Shown here: piece after piece, positions 9,315 through 18,322 of the stretch | How the letters are laid out: each line of letters opens with the position of its first letter | Numbering within the stretch: the stretch's first letter is position 1 | From: an uncultured Gammaproteobacteria bacterium | Lineage (GTDB): Bacteria > Patescibacteriota > Microgenomatia > Levybacterales > GWA1-39-11 | Reading direction: 5' to 3' | Length of the DNA: 64,000 nucleotides | NCBI GenBank assembly: GCA_964450885.1 | Contig: CAYVFE010000001.1 | Span: 246,572-310,571 of the forward strand | Translations under genes and position numbers: made by a program | Notes under the pieces: generated by a model | The model's input: the letters and a program-made list of their open reading frames with translations, nothing else | Told to the model about the DNA's origin: nothing | The model's database searches: none

Positions 9315-11096
9315 ATGAATATCGAAAAGTTAAAAAATATAGAAGCAAAAATAATCGTTATCGGAAATCATCCTGCGATCATACAGTCTATTTTGGATTT
9401 TGATAATATTTCTGGCAAAAAATTCCCAAGCATCGTAGGAATAATTGCTACCGGCAGAAATTATCAAAGATTTTTTTATGGTAAAAAGGAAATCTTGATT
9501 CCGATTTTTAGTTCTGTAGAAAGGTTGCCAGGCAGTGTAAAAGAAAATGTAAATGTGTTTGTAAACGTTAGCTCCGGAAGAAGGGTTTTACAGTCATCGA
9601 TAGAGGCGATAGACAATCTACCGAATTTGGTTATCGGAACAATTTTTGCAGAAAACGTTCCCGAAAAACATGCGATAGATTTAGGCGAATTCGCGAAGAT
9701 AAAAAATATAGTTCTTATCGGTCCTGCTAGCGTGGGAATGGTTTTGCCGGAAGTATTTAAATTAGGTGCGATAGGAGGAGTAAATCTACCACAAATCGAA
9801 ACCTCGGGGATTTTAAATAAGGGTGGGATTGCAGTTCTTTCTGCATCTGGCGGGATGGTAAACGAAATAATAAATATAGTCGCTCAAAGTCATAACAGCA
9901 TCTCCTTTGCACTTTCATTTGGAGGCGATAGATTCCCATTGTTAGAACCTGTTGACGCCTTACTTGCTGCAGAACATGATGAACAAACCAAAGCTATAGT
10001 ATATTATGGAGAGCTTGGTGGTGAAGACGAATACAAGATCGCAGAACTTTTGAAATCCGGTGAGTTTTCTAAAAAGGTTATTTGTTATGTAGCTGGAAGC
10101 GTTTCGGATCTTTTTGACACTCCCCCACAATTCGGTCATGCGAAAGCTATGGCAGGGAGCAAAGAAGAAAGCGCAACAGCAAAAAGAAAAGCGCTTCGTG
10201 ATGCTGGGGCAGTCGTGCCGGATACTTTTTCGGAGTTTGTCGGAGCTATAAATTCGTTGGAAGACTATGGAAGTAGTAGAACTCATGATAAAATAGAAAA
10301 TATGGATGACAGACGCCACGCTCTTATCGCATCAACCATCTCAAAGGACGAAGATGGAGATGTTAAAGTTTTGGGAGAAGATTTGATAAGCTTTGCAAAG
10401 ACAAATTCGTTTGCAAAAATCGCCAGCTCCCTTTTTCTAGGGAAGAAAATAAGCTCAAGTGACACGGAAGAACTCGTCGATTTTATTCTAAAAGTAAGCG
10501 TTGATCATGGGCCATATGTTTCAGGTGCACTAAATACTATAGTGTCAGCTCGCGCTGGTAAAGACCTGGTTTCATCACTCTCATCAGGACTTCTTACCAT
10601 AGGCCCGAGATTCGGTGGAGCCTTGAATCAGGCTGCGGATAACTGGTTTGAAGGGGTACGTAGCGGGAAAGATGCGCACGATTTTGTTGAGGAATTTGCG
10701 CAAAAGAAAGAATATATCCAGGGAATCGGACATAAAAAATATAGGGTAGACATGCCCGACCCTAGAGTAGCAGAGTTAAAGCACTTCGTAGATAGACTCG
10801 ATAGTAAAAGATTCACAAATTTTGCTCTGGAGGTTGAAAAAATAACGACAGAAAAGAAAGGTAATCTTATTTTAAATGTCGATGGCATGATAGCGGCTGT
10901 GCTTCTGGATTATCTGTCAGAGAAAGAAGGATATAGCGATGACGAGTTAAGAAAATTGATCGATGCAGAATTTTTTAATGCACTATTTGTTCTCTCTAGA
11001 AGCGTGGGATTTATCGCACATTTTCTGGACCAAAAGAGGCTTGATGAAGGACTTCTTCGACTAAGCGAGGAAGATGTGGCTGATGCAAATATATAA
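9315..11096 (+). CDS. aclA: ATP-citrate lyase alpha subunit (CoA-binding + phospho-His ligase + citryl-CoA lyase domain)
   Basis: 593 aa. SCS-alpha-like phosphohistidine segment QFGHAKAMAG. C-terminal citrate-synthase-like domain with GIGHKKYRVDMPDPR and ALEVEKITTEKKGNLILNVDG...GFIAHFLDQKRL, which closely matches the eukaryotic/Chlorobium ACL C-terminus. Confidence 0.8.
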   Translation: MNIEKLKNIEAKIIVIGNHPAIIQSILDFDNISGKKFPSIVGIIATGRNYQRFFYGKKEILIPIFSSVERLPGSVKENVNVFVNVSSGRRVLQSSIEAIDNLPNLVIGTIFAENVPEKHAIDLGEFAKIKNIVLIGPASVGMVLPEVFKLGAIGGVNLPQIETSGILNKGGIAVLSASGGMVNEIINIVAQSHNSISFALSFGGDRFPLLEPVDALLAAEHDEQTKAIVYYGELGGEDEYKIAELLKSGEFSKKVICYVAGSVSDLFDTPPQFGHAKAMAGSKEESATAKRKALRDAGAVVPDTFSEFVGAINSLEDYGSSRTHDKIENMDDRRHALIASTISKDEDGDVKVLGEDLISFAKTNSFAKIASSLFLGKKISSSDTEELVDFILKVSVDHGPYVSGALNTIVSARAGKDLVSSLSSGLLTIGPRFGGALNQAADNWFEGVRSGKDAHDFVEEFAQKKEYIQGIGHKKYRVDMPDPRVAELKHFVDRLDSKRFTNFALEVEKITTEKKGNLILNVDGMIAAVLLDYLSEKEGYSDDELRKLIDAEFFNALFVLSRSVGFIAHFLDQKRLDEGLLRLSEEDVADANI

Positions 11097-12048
11097 TAAC
11101 GTTCCCCTATCTACAATTCTTTGGTACCAAATCGGAGGCGAAGCAAAGCTAGTGATCGATATTTCATCGAAAGAAGATTTGTTCGAAGCGCTCCAATATA
11201 TAGAGAATAATAATATTTCCGATATCTTTGTAGTAGGGTTAGGGTCTAATATGCTTTTTCCTGACGAAGGGTTTAATGGTGCGATATTTAGATTTTTGGT
11301 TCAGGAAGATGGTGAAGGGGTAAGAAAGATTTCCGATAATGTAGTTGAAAGCTTTGCAGGTGAGGCTTTGGATAGCGTTATTAACTTTAGTCTGGATAGT
11401 GGACTCACGGGATTGCAGTGGGCAGGTGGATTACCTGGGACGGTGGGCGCCGCGGTCCGAGGGAATGTCGGAGCATTTGGGGGAGAGATAAAAGATAATT
11501 TTTTCAAAGCTCATTGTATAAAGATTCTTCCACATGGAGGATTTGAGGAATTGATTTTGACCCGCGATGAAATGGAATTTGCATATAGAAGCAGTAAGGT
11601 AAAAAAAGAAAAATTAATCGTAGTATCGGTACAATTCGAGCTTAATATCGCGACACAGGAAGACCTGCTTGAGGCCCGCGAAGCGTATTATGCGAATATT
11701 GTCTATCGTCAGGATCATCATCCTCTCGACTACCCAAATTGCGGGAGCGTATTTAAAAATATCTCAAAAAGTGAAGAAGTGGGGAAGGTTAAGTCAACCT
11801 GGGGAGACATCTCGGATCTTATCGATAACAAATGGCATGGAAAGGTTAGTATGGGATATATAATCGATAGACTTGGTCTAAAAGGATTTAGGGTAGGAAA
11901 TGCTCAGGTTAGTAAAAAGCATCAGAATTTTATTGTAAATCTAGGTGGTGCAAAAGCAGCAGACGTAAAAGAAATTATTGCGACTATAGAAAAAAAGACG
12001 CAGAGCGAATTCGGTTTTACTCCGGAAGTCGAGATAGAAATTATTTAG
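11074..12048 (+). CDS. murB: UDP-N-acetylenolpyruvoylglucosamine reductase
   Basis: FAD-binding PCMH domain (WYQIGGEAKL, GLGSNMLF, GLTGLQWAGGLPGTVGAAVRGNVGAFGGEI). The start overlaps the aclA end, so the exact start is uncertain. Confidence 0.8.
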   Translation: MWLMQIYNNVPLSTILWYQIGGEAKLVIDISSKEDLFEALQYIENNNISDIFVVGLGSNMLFPDEGFNGAIFRFLVQEDGEGVRKISDNVVESFAGEALDSVINFSLDSGLTGLQWAGGLPGTVGAAVRGNVGAFGGEIKDNFFKAHCIKILPHGGFEELILTRDEMEFAYRSSKVKKEKLIVVSVQFELNIATQEDLLEAREAYYANIVYRQDHHPLDYPNCGSVFKNISKSEEVGKVKSTWGDISDLIDNKWHGKVSMGYIIDRLGLKGFRVGNAQVSKKHQNFIVNLGGAKAADVKEIIATIEKKTQSEFGFTPEVEIEII

Positions 12049-12643
12049 GTTCATTGTCAAGACTTTTCCAAAGAATCATAGAAGCATAAGTCCTATATGG
12101 GCTCCATTTTTTAGATATTTCGATAAGTTTTTCATTTGATATTTCATCCAGCCCATACAGTTTTTTGATAGCGTTTTTGAGTCCTAAATCTCCTACAGAG
12201 AAAATGTCCGGACGTCCAAGCGAGAACATCAAAAACATTTCGGCGCTCCAGGCCCCTATTCCCTTTACCGTAGTCAGATTCCTTATTACGGTATCGTCAT
12301 CATCTTCATGGATGGTTTCAAGAATAAGCTTTTTTTCTATTACCTTTTCTGCAAGGTCTTTGATATAGCTTATCTTGGGATAAGATATTCCGCATTCCCG
12401 CATTTTTTCTTTGTCTATTTTCAACACCCTTTCAGGGGTTATTTTCCCATCAAATAATTTCTGAAACCTCGTAAATATCGTTCCTGCAGCTTTTACCGAT
12501 AATTGTTGTCCTACTATAGAGCGAATGAGACGCACAAAGTGCTCCGTAGATGGAAGCATAGGAACAAGAGGATCGATATTAATCGCAAGCTCGTAAAGAA
12601 GAGGATCAACTGTCTTGAAATGTTTCAGTGCCCGTTCGTGCAT
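12041..12643 (-). CDS. alkA: DNA-3-methyladenine glycosylase II-like (HhH-GPD family)
   Basis: HhH-GPD signature VKGIGAWSAEMFLMFSLGRPDIFSVGDLGL. The ORF-track N-terminal extension to 12766 is hydrophobic and nonsense-like; the likely start is MHERALKHF. Confidence 0.65.
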   Translation of the reverse strand: MHERALKHFKTVDPLLYELAINIDPLVPMLPSTEHFVRLIRSIVGQQLSVKAAGTIFTRFQKLFDGKITPERVLKIDKEKMRECGISYPKISYIKDLAEKVIEKKLILETIHEDDDDTVIRNLTTVKGIGAWSAEMFLMFSLGRPDIFSVGDLGLKNAIKKLYGLDEISNEKLIEISKKWSPYRTYASMILWKSLDNEPK

Positions 12644-12687
12644 ATCCGTATTATATATTATGAAGTTTGTTATAATTACCAAGTAAA

Positions 12688-13479
12688 ATGACAAAAGCAT
12701 TGATTTCATTTTCTGTTGCGGATATTCCGTTGGGCATAGCACTTGAGGAATATTTTTTACTTGCAAATCATCTTAAGGTAGATGGGCTGGAGATTGTTGT
12801 CGGATGGAAAACGAGATTTAATATGAGAAAGCTGGCGAGGCTTTCTAAGCGTTACAATGTGCCGATTCTGTCTATCCATCAGCCTGCATGGTCTGTTGCT
12901 GGATTCTGGCAGGATGAGGGTGCATTCAAGTTTGCTCAAAAATTTAATGCGATATATGTTGCTCATCCTATCGTGGTGCAGCCAATGAATGCTCCAAAAT
13001 CTAAAGCTTATTTTAAGTGGCTGTCTGATATGAAGAAGAAATATAATCTTGAGATAATGATAGAAAATATGACGAACATCTATCAGTTGATGCCGCTTCT
13101 TCACTACGTTTCCAAAAAACATCACGATAGCGCAACAAGCCTTTTGTCATTTGAAAAGGTATGTAAAAAGTATGGATTTGGATTTACTTTAGATATATCG
13201 CATATTATGCAGCCAGATCCGCAAAATGCTCCAGGATTTAAGGAGCTTTTTCCTATCATGCGAAACATACACCTAAGCGATTTTACCAAGAAGAAAGAGC
13301 ATATGGGTCTCGGGGACGGAGATTTGAATTATGAGGGGTTTTTGTCATATCTAAAGGAAAATAAATACGATGGAATAATTAACCTAGAACTTTGTCCGAG
13401 AATCCTCAATGCGCGGGAAAAGTATTATAAAGATATAACTGAGTCTGTAAAAATAGTTAAAAAATACCTTACTGGATGA
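12688..13479 (+). CDS. Sugar phosphate isomerase/epimerase (xylose-isomerase-like TIM barrel)
   Basis: 263 aa. AP_endonuc_2/xylose-isomerase-like barrel features, including an LELCP motif near the C-terminus. Confidence 0.5.
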   Translation: MTKALISFSVADIPLGIALEEYFLLANHLKVDGLEIVVGWKTRFNMRKLARLSKRYNVPILSIHQPAWSVAGFWQDEGAFKFAQKFNAIYVAHPIVVQPMNAPKSKAYFKWLSDMKKKYNLEIMIENMTNIYQLMPLLHYVSKKHHDSATSLLSFEKVCKKYGFGFTLDISHIMQPDPQNAPGFKELFPIMRNIHLSDFTKKKEHMGLGDGDLNYEGFLSYLKENKYDGIINLELCPRILNAREKYYKDITESVKIVKKYLTG

Positions 13480-13520
13480 TTTCTCTTGACATAAAATAAT
13501 TCTCCTGCTTTACTTTAATA

Positions 13521-14177
13521 GTGAATGGATTTCGTATAGGATTTATCGCATCTTTGAGTTTTCTTCTAATTATTGCTGTTTTTGCGGGAACGATGGGATA
13601 TTTTCCTCCACCAGAGGGTCCTAAAGCTCCAGAATATCCTAACTATACTGACTATCAATTCCTGTCCCAGCCTCTGAATTTGCTCAATCAAAATCAGATC
13701 CAGCAAACTCCTATAGACACATCATATGAATCGGAATATGACAAAGCCCTAAGAGAATACAACGAAGCAAGGGAGGCATACGAAGAAGAACAGGCAAGTT
13801 TTGTGGAGGAAAAAATTGTTCCTTATGCTAGAAATGTATTTGTTTCATGGATAGTATTGCAGACGGTATTTGTTCTGATTGGTGTATTTTTCATAAAGAT
13901 AAATAGCGAGCTTGTAGGATCAGGATTTGCTTTTAGTAGCGTGTGGACGATTCTTTTTCTCCCATTAGGAGGAATAATCTGGTATGCGAATTTATTAATT
14001 TCAAGTTTTGCTATGCAAGCAGAGAAAACTTATTCTGCAGACCCTATCCTTCAGGCAGTTATGTGGACATCGATCGCTGGAGTACTTCTGCTTACTATTT
14101 TCGGAAGTATTCTGTACGGTGCAATTAGGTTGCCTAGGATGAATTCGAATGTTCCCCCGCAAAATACAGGATTATAG
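13521..14177 (+). CDS. Hypothetical membrane protein
   Basis: 218 aa. An N-terminal TM helix, a Q/E-rich segment and three C-terminal TM helices. No family assigned. Confidence 0.4.
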   Translation: MNGFRIGFIASLSFLLIIAVFAGTMGYFPPPEGPKAPEYPNYTDYQFLSQPLNLLNQNQIQQTPIDTSYESEYDKALREYNEAREAYEEEQASFVEEKIVPYARNVFVSWIVLQTVFVLIGVFFIKINSELVGSGFAFSSVWTILFLPLGGIIWYANLLISSFAMQAEKTYSADPILQAVMWTSIAGVLLLTIFGSILYGAIRLPRMNSNVPPQNTGL

Positions 14178-14199
14178 CAATCAATTAGGAGGTGATATT

Positions 14200-14598
14200 A
14201 TGGCTGATAGAAAAGAAAAAATGTCTACGAAAGTGATGGTAATAGTTTTTATCGGAGTAGCCTTCGTAGCTGGATATTTATTCGCAAGAGCAAAGTATAA
14301 GCCGCAGATAGTAGAGCTCGGGTCCATGGTTATGGATCGGGATGATACTATAAATACACTTAATGGTCTACGAAATAGATACATGCTGACCGATGATGGA
14401 GTAGTCTATTTACAGGATGGCGAAGCGACTCCAGTTGAGGATGTAGTAACGCTTACTGATGGGAGTAAAATAGATGCAAATGGTACCGTTTTGAGATCTG
14501 ATGGTGATGAGGAGAAATTGGGAATCGGAGATTCGATACTTTTAGATGGAACAATAGTTACTGGATCTGAAGTAATGGAAATGCAGGGGAAGAAATAG
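14200..14598 (+). CDS. Hypothetical protein with N-terminal TM anchor
   Basis: ATG at 14200 is preceded by a strong AGGAGGTG ribosome-binding site. One TM helix followed by a soluble domain. Confidence 0.4.
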   Translation: MADRKEKMSTKVMVIVFIGVAFVAGYLFARAKYKPQIVELGSMVMDRDDTINTLNGLRNRYMLTDDGVVYLQDGEATPVEDVVTLTDGSKIDANGTVLRSDGDEEKLGIGDSILLDGTIVTGSEVMEMQGKK

Positions 14599-14606
14599 AA
14601 TTAGTT

Positions 14607-15149
14607 CTATATAAATTCTTCTTTAACTTCCTTTTTAAACTCCTTGAGAAGTTTTTTAATTTTTGGATCTATTACTACTGTACAATAAGGGTAGTCCTTG
14701 TTTCTCTCATAGTACCTTTGGTGGCTAGGTTCCGCCTCATAGAATTTTGTATATCCTTCAAGTTTTGTGACGATTGGGTTTTTGAAAGTTTTGCTTTTTT
14801 CTAGATCACTTTTTATTTTTTCAGCTATCTTTCTTTGTTTTTCATCATGATAAAAGATAGCTGATCTATACTGCGTACCGTGATCTGCTCCCTGTCGATT
14901 TAGGGTCGTGGGATTATGTGTATGAAAAAAAATCTGAACGAGTTTTTCAAAAGATATAATATCGGGGTTATAAGTGATCTGGATTGCTTCCGCATGGTTA
15001 GTATTTCCCATTGATACCTGATCGTAAGTAGGATATTCTATGTTACCTCCGGTGTATCCAGATTGTACTTTCTCAACCCCCTTGAGTCGTTGAAAGATAG
15101 CCTCTGTGCACCAGAAGCATCCGCCTGCAAAAGTTGCTAGTTCGTTCAT
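14607..15149 (-). CDS. msrA: Peptide methionine sulfoxide reductase A
   Basis: FAGGCFWCTEAIF catalytic motif at the N-terminus. 180 aa. Confidence 0.9.
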   Translation of the reverse strand: MNELATFAGGCFWCTEAIFQRLKGVEKVQSGYTGGNIEYPTYDQVSMGNTNHAEAIQITYNPDIISFEKLVQIFFHTHNPTTLNRQGADHGTQYRSAIFYHDEKQRKIAEKIKSDLEKSKTFKNPIVTKLEGYTKFYEAEPSHQRYYERNKDYPYCTVVIDPKIKKLLKEFKKEVKEEFI

Positions 15150-15206
15150 ATATATGATTATAACAGAGGGGGAAATTAACCTTGCAAATTTAGTTATAAT
15201 AGCCCT

Positions 15207-16256
15207 ATGAAAAAAGCACTAATTATTTCACTGCTTATTGCGACTATTGGTTTTTTGGGAGCTATCTTGTATATGATTCTTACCCCCGATGGGAATAAGG
15301 TCATAAATCCGCTAGTTGAAGAAGTTGAGCAAGAAGTCTTTCCTCTCAATAAATATTCTTTTGACAATCTTTCACAATCCGAATTTAACGGCAATCAAAT
15401 AGAAATAGGAGAAAAAATTGACGAGGAAATAGACGAAATAGATTTGTACATATTTTATTTTTATGACCAGGATCCACAAGATGCAAATAATTTAAAAAAG
15501 GTCAGCGGACTCTTAACAGTTCCTGCAAAGGAGGGAAATTATCCTGTTATTGTTCAGTTCAGGGGGTATGTAGATAGAGAAATTTATGAAACTGGAATAG
15601 GCACTAGACCTAGTGCTACAGAGTTTGCACGAAATGGATTCATAACACTTTCACCAGATTTTTTGGGATACGGCAAATCTGATATGCCTTCGCAATATCC
15701 TATCGAAGAACGATTTCAAACATACTCAACATCACTATCGCTTTTGGCATCATTGAAGAATTTGAATAAAGCATTTGATAGAAAAGAGGCGTCACAGTCT
15801 GCTGATATTTCAAGACTTGGTCTTTGGGGCCACAGTAATGGTGGACATATAGCTTTATCAGTTTTGGCGGTTACTACAGAAAATATTCCTACGGTTCTTT
15901 GGGCACCCGTGACAAAACCATTTCCGTATTCGATACTGTACTTTACAGATGAATTTGCTGATGAGGGAAAAGCATTGAGAAAAGTTGTATCTGATTTTGA
16001 AAGAGATTATGATGTTTTTGACTTCTCTCCGACTGGTTATTATGGCAGGATGACTGCGTCTTTACAGATACATCAGGGAACAGCGGACGATGCAGTGCCA
16101 CTTGCCTGGACGAATGAGTTCGTAGAAAAGCTAGATGAGCTGGAAATTGAAAATGAATATTTTGTTTATCCTGGTGCGGATCATGATTTGCGCGGCGGGT
16201 GGGATGAAGCGGTGCTAAGAAGCATAGATTTTTATAGGGAAGAACTCGAGCTTTAA
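15207..16256 (+). CDS. Alpha/beta hydrolase (S9 peptidase / dienelactone-hydrolase-like), membrane-anchored
   Basis: N-terminal TM helix. Nucleophile elbow GHSNGG. A C-terminal HQGTADD..P motif and an His-containing DHD near the end. Confidence 0.6.
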   Translation: MKKALIISLLIATIGFLGAILYMILTPDGNKVINPLVEEVEQEVFPLNKYSFDNLSQSEFNGNQIEIGEKIDEEIDEIDLYIFYFYDQDPQDANNLKKVSGLLTVPAKEGNYPVIVQFRGYVDREIYETGIGTRPSATEFARNGFITLSPDFLGYGKSDMPSQYPIEERFQTYSTSLSLLASLKNLNKAFDRKEASQSADISRLGLWGHSNGGHIALSVLAVTTENIPTVLWAPVTKPFPYSILYFTDEFADEGKALRKVVSDFERDYDVFDFSPTGYYGRMTASLQIHQGTADDAVPLAWTNEFVEKLDELEIENEYFVYPGADHDLRGGWDEAVLRSIDFYREELEL

Positions 16257-18022
16257 TAGATATCAAATTTTTCAAGAAGCTTTTTGTTTCCCTCGATCTG
16301 ATAATTTAAAAGCTCTGAGTAGATACCCTTTTTCTTGGAGAGTTCTTGTGGTGTTCCATAGTTTACGACCATTCCGCTATCTATAACGATTATCTTATCG
16401 ACGTTTTGGATAGTCGAGAATCTATGTGCAATTATTATGACAAGTTTTCCTTTCATGAGATTTTCGAGTGCGATTTGTACCTCATTCTCACTTTTTGCGT
16501 CAAGCGAGGAGGTCGCTTCGTCGAGGATTAGAATCGGGGCATTTTTTAGTACAGCTCGTGCTATCTGAATACGCTGTTTTTGTCCTCCGGAAAGCCTAAC
16601 GCCACGTTCGCCTATTTCTGAATCTACTCCCTTTGGGAGTTTTTTTACGAACTCATACGCATTTGCCATTTTGAGTGCTTCTATAATCTCTTTTTCCGAC
16701 GCGTTCTTTTTCCCATACATAACATTTTCCCGGACCGTTGATGAAAAGAGTTCGTTCTCCTGAAATACAAGCGCTATGTTGCTTCTTACAAAATTGTGCG
16801 ACAAGGAAGAATAGGCTTTGTTTTTGATATAGATCTCCCCACCAGTAGGCGTATAGAGTTTCAAGATGAGGTTTACTATCGTAGATTTTCCAGCCCCGCT
16901 GTGTCCTACGAGTGCTACTTTCTCTCCCTGTTTGATCTTAAAGTTAATATCGCTAAGTACTGTTTCAGATTCTTCATAATTGAATGAAATATTCTTAAAC
17001 TCTATATCAGGATCGGAAATTTTATTTGTCGTTTTTGTTTCTCTAAAATTTTCAGTAGATTTTAGATCCATTATCTCGAAATACTCTTTACTTCCTGCCT
17101 CTGCATTTTGAATTTGAGTAAGGATAAATGACATAGCAAATAAGGGCGTTCTGGCCATATTAAAAAGCTGAAGTATAAGAACCATCTCTCCAATCGTAAG
17201 GTTGCCTACGAAGGTATTATAAAAAACAAGAATATTTATGATGAAAAGAATTATTATGAGGGATAGATTCCTAGCAAAGTCGAACTTATGAAAAGTTGAG
17301 CTTTGATGAGCATAGATCTTGTTAATTTTGGATAAGTTAGATGATGTAGTATTGAATTCTGTTTTTTCGCTACTAAAGCCTTTAACCAGGCGTATATTAT
17401 TTATTACTTCATTTATGCGGCCTCTGGTTACATCTTCTATCTTGTTCTTTTTGACTTCTTCCTTGCCCCATTTTACTGTTGAATAATATGAAAGTGTCAG
17501 ATAAACGGGAAAAAGCGCAAACGTGGCAAGTGCTATGGTCGTGTCATAGTAAGCTAGGACTATTATCGTGAATATGCTTTGGAGAAAGGTTGGCAGGATG
17601 AAGTTTGACAATCCATTTAGAAATGAGTAGGTGGTTTGGATGCCGCGATTTAGCTGATTTACGATTTTCCCCGATACTTGTGAGTCGAAGTAGCTTTGTG
17701 GAAGAGTAAGCACCTTTGCGTAGAATTTTTCGGTAAGAAATTTTCTGAGTCTTCCTGCAAAATGATCACCCAGTCTGTTTGATATAGAGGTTATACCTAT
17801 GCCTATAAAGTTTAGCAATAACGAAAGTACAACTAAAAAGATCAAGCGTTCGATGCTGCCATCCTCTCCCTGTACTCTTGCTACTATGTCATCTACTATG
17901 AATTTCGAGATTATTGGCGAAGCAAGCTGAAGCGCAGAAGAGACCAGGATGAGAATAGATATGATTGTTATAAGCCCGTAGAGGGGTTTTGAGATTTTTA
18001 TGATCTTGAATATATTCTTCAC
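16253..18022 (-). CDS. ABC exporter, fused permease/ATPase (MsbA-like)
   Basis: Six N-terminal TM helices. Walker A GHSGAGKST, signature LSGGQKQRIQIARA, Walker B ILILDEATS. Confidence 0.85.
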   Translation of the reverse strand: MKNIFKIIKISKPLYGLITIISILILVSSALQLASPIISKFIVDDIVARVQGEDGSIERLIFLVVLSLLLNFIGIGITSISNRLGDHFAGRLRKFLTEKFYAKVLTLPQSYFDSQVSGKIVNQLNRGIQTTYSFLNGLSNFILPTFLQSIFTIIVLAYYDTTIALATFALFPVYLTLSYYSTVKWGKEEVKKNKIEDVTRGRINEVINNIRLVKGFSSEKTEFNTTSSNLSKINKIYAHQSSTFHKFDFARNLSLIIILFIINILVFYNTFVGNLTIGEMVLILQLFNMARTPLFAMSFILTQIQNAEAGSKEYFEIMDLKSTENFRETKTTNKISDPDIEFKNISFNYEESETVLSDINFKIKQGEKVALVGHSGAGKSTIVNLILKLYTPTGGEIYIKNKAYSSLSHNFVRSNIALVFQENELFSSTVRENVMYGKKNASEKEIIEALKMANAYEFVKKLPKGVDSEIGERGVRLSGGQKQRIQIARAVLKNAPILILDEATSSLDAKSENEVQIALENLMKGKLVIIIAHRFSTIQNVDKIIVIDSGMVVNYGTPQELSKKKGIYSELLNYQIEGNKKLLEKFDIY

Positions 18023-18074
18023 GATTGCTTATTTTAGCACGTAAATAGTCTTATGGAACTCTTTTCTCAGACTG

Positions 18075-18104
18075 TTGTAATTTTTACAATAGTTCGTGTA
18101 TAAT
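18075..18104 (+). promoter_or_regulatory. Candidate sigma70-like promoter (TTGTAA-18nt-TATAAT) driving the structured leader
   Basis: Hexamers read directly from the sequence. Lies in the divergent intergenic region between the ABC exporter and the Rpf-like gene. Confidence 0.3.
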
Positions 18105-18110
18105 TCGATG

Positions 18111-18322
18111 CGATATTAATAAAAGCGATACTTAGCGCTATCTTGAATTGCAAGTATAAGCCGCGGTTTTCCGCCGCGAAAGATAAGTATCCGCAACCCA
18201 GAAGGGTTTTTCCGTTCAGCGGGATTGCTCAAAACCTAACGCCGGGTGTAAAGGAAGGTTCATGTTACCCTCTCAAATCTACGAGAGGATTTTGTACCCC
18301 ACTTACAAGGCTAAAAAGTATT
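18111..18322 (+). ncRNA. Structured 5' leader / candidate cis-regulatory RNA (riboswitch-like) upstream of the secreted cell-wall-hydrolase-like gene
   Basis: About 210 nt of non-coding sequence containing nested hairpins. These are CGCGG-uuuu-CCGCG; AUCCGC enclosing AACCC-agaa-GGGUU-UUUUU and CCG-uuca-GCGG, closed by GCGGAU; and CCUCUC-aaaucuac-GAGAGG. The ORF-track 'N-terminus' here (MNCKYKPRF...) is not protein-like. Confidence 0.4.

Noticed and set aside
12644-12766. N-terminal 41 aa of the AlkA-like ORF
   Set aside because: Hydrophobic, Ile/Phe-rich nonsense-like peptide that overlaps the next gene's start region. A later Met was chosen.
18143-18322. ORF-track N-terminal extension of the 18143-19072 ORF (MNCKYKPRFSAAKDKYPQPRRVFPF...)
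   Set aside because: Biased, non-protein-like composition; the region forms a stack of hairpins; and a bona fide start with a signal/TM segment begins at 18323. Treated as a structured leader RNA instead.
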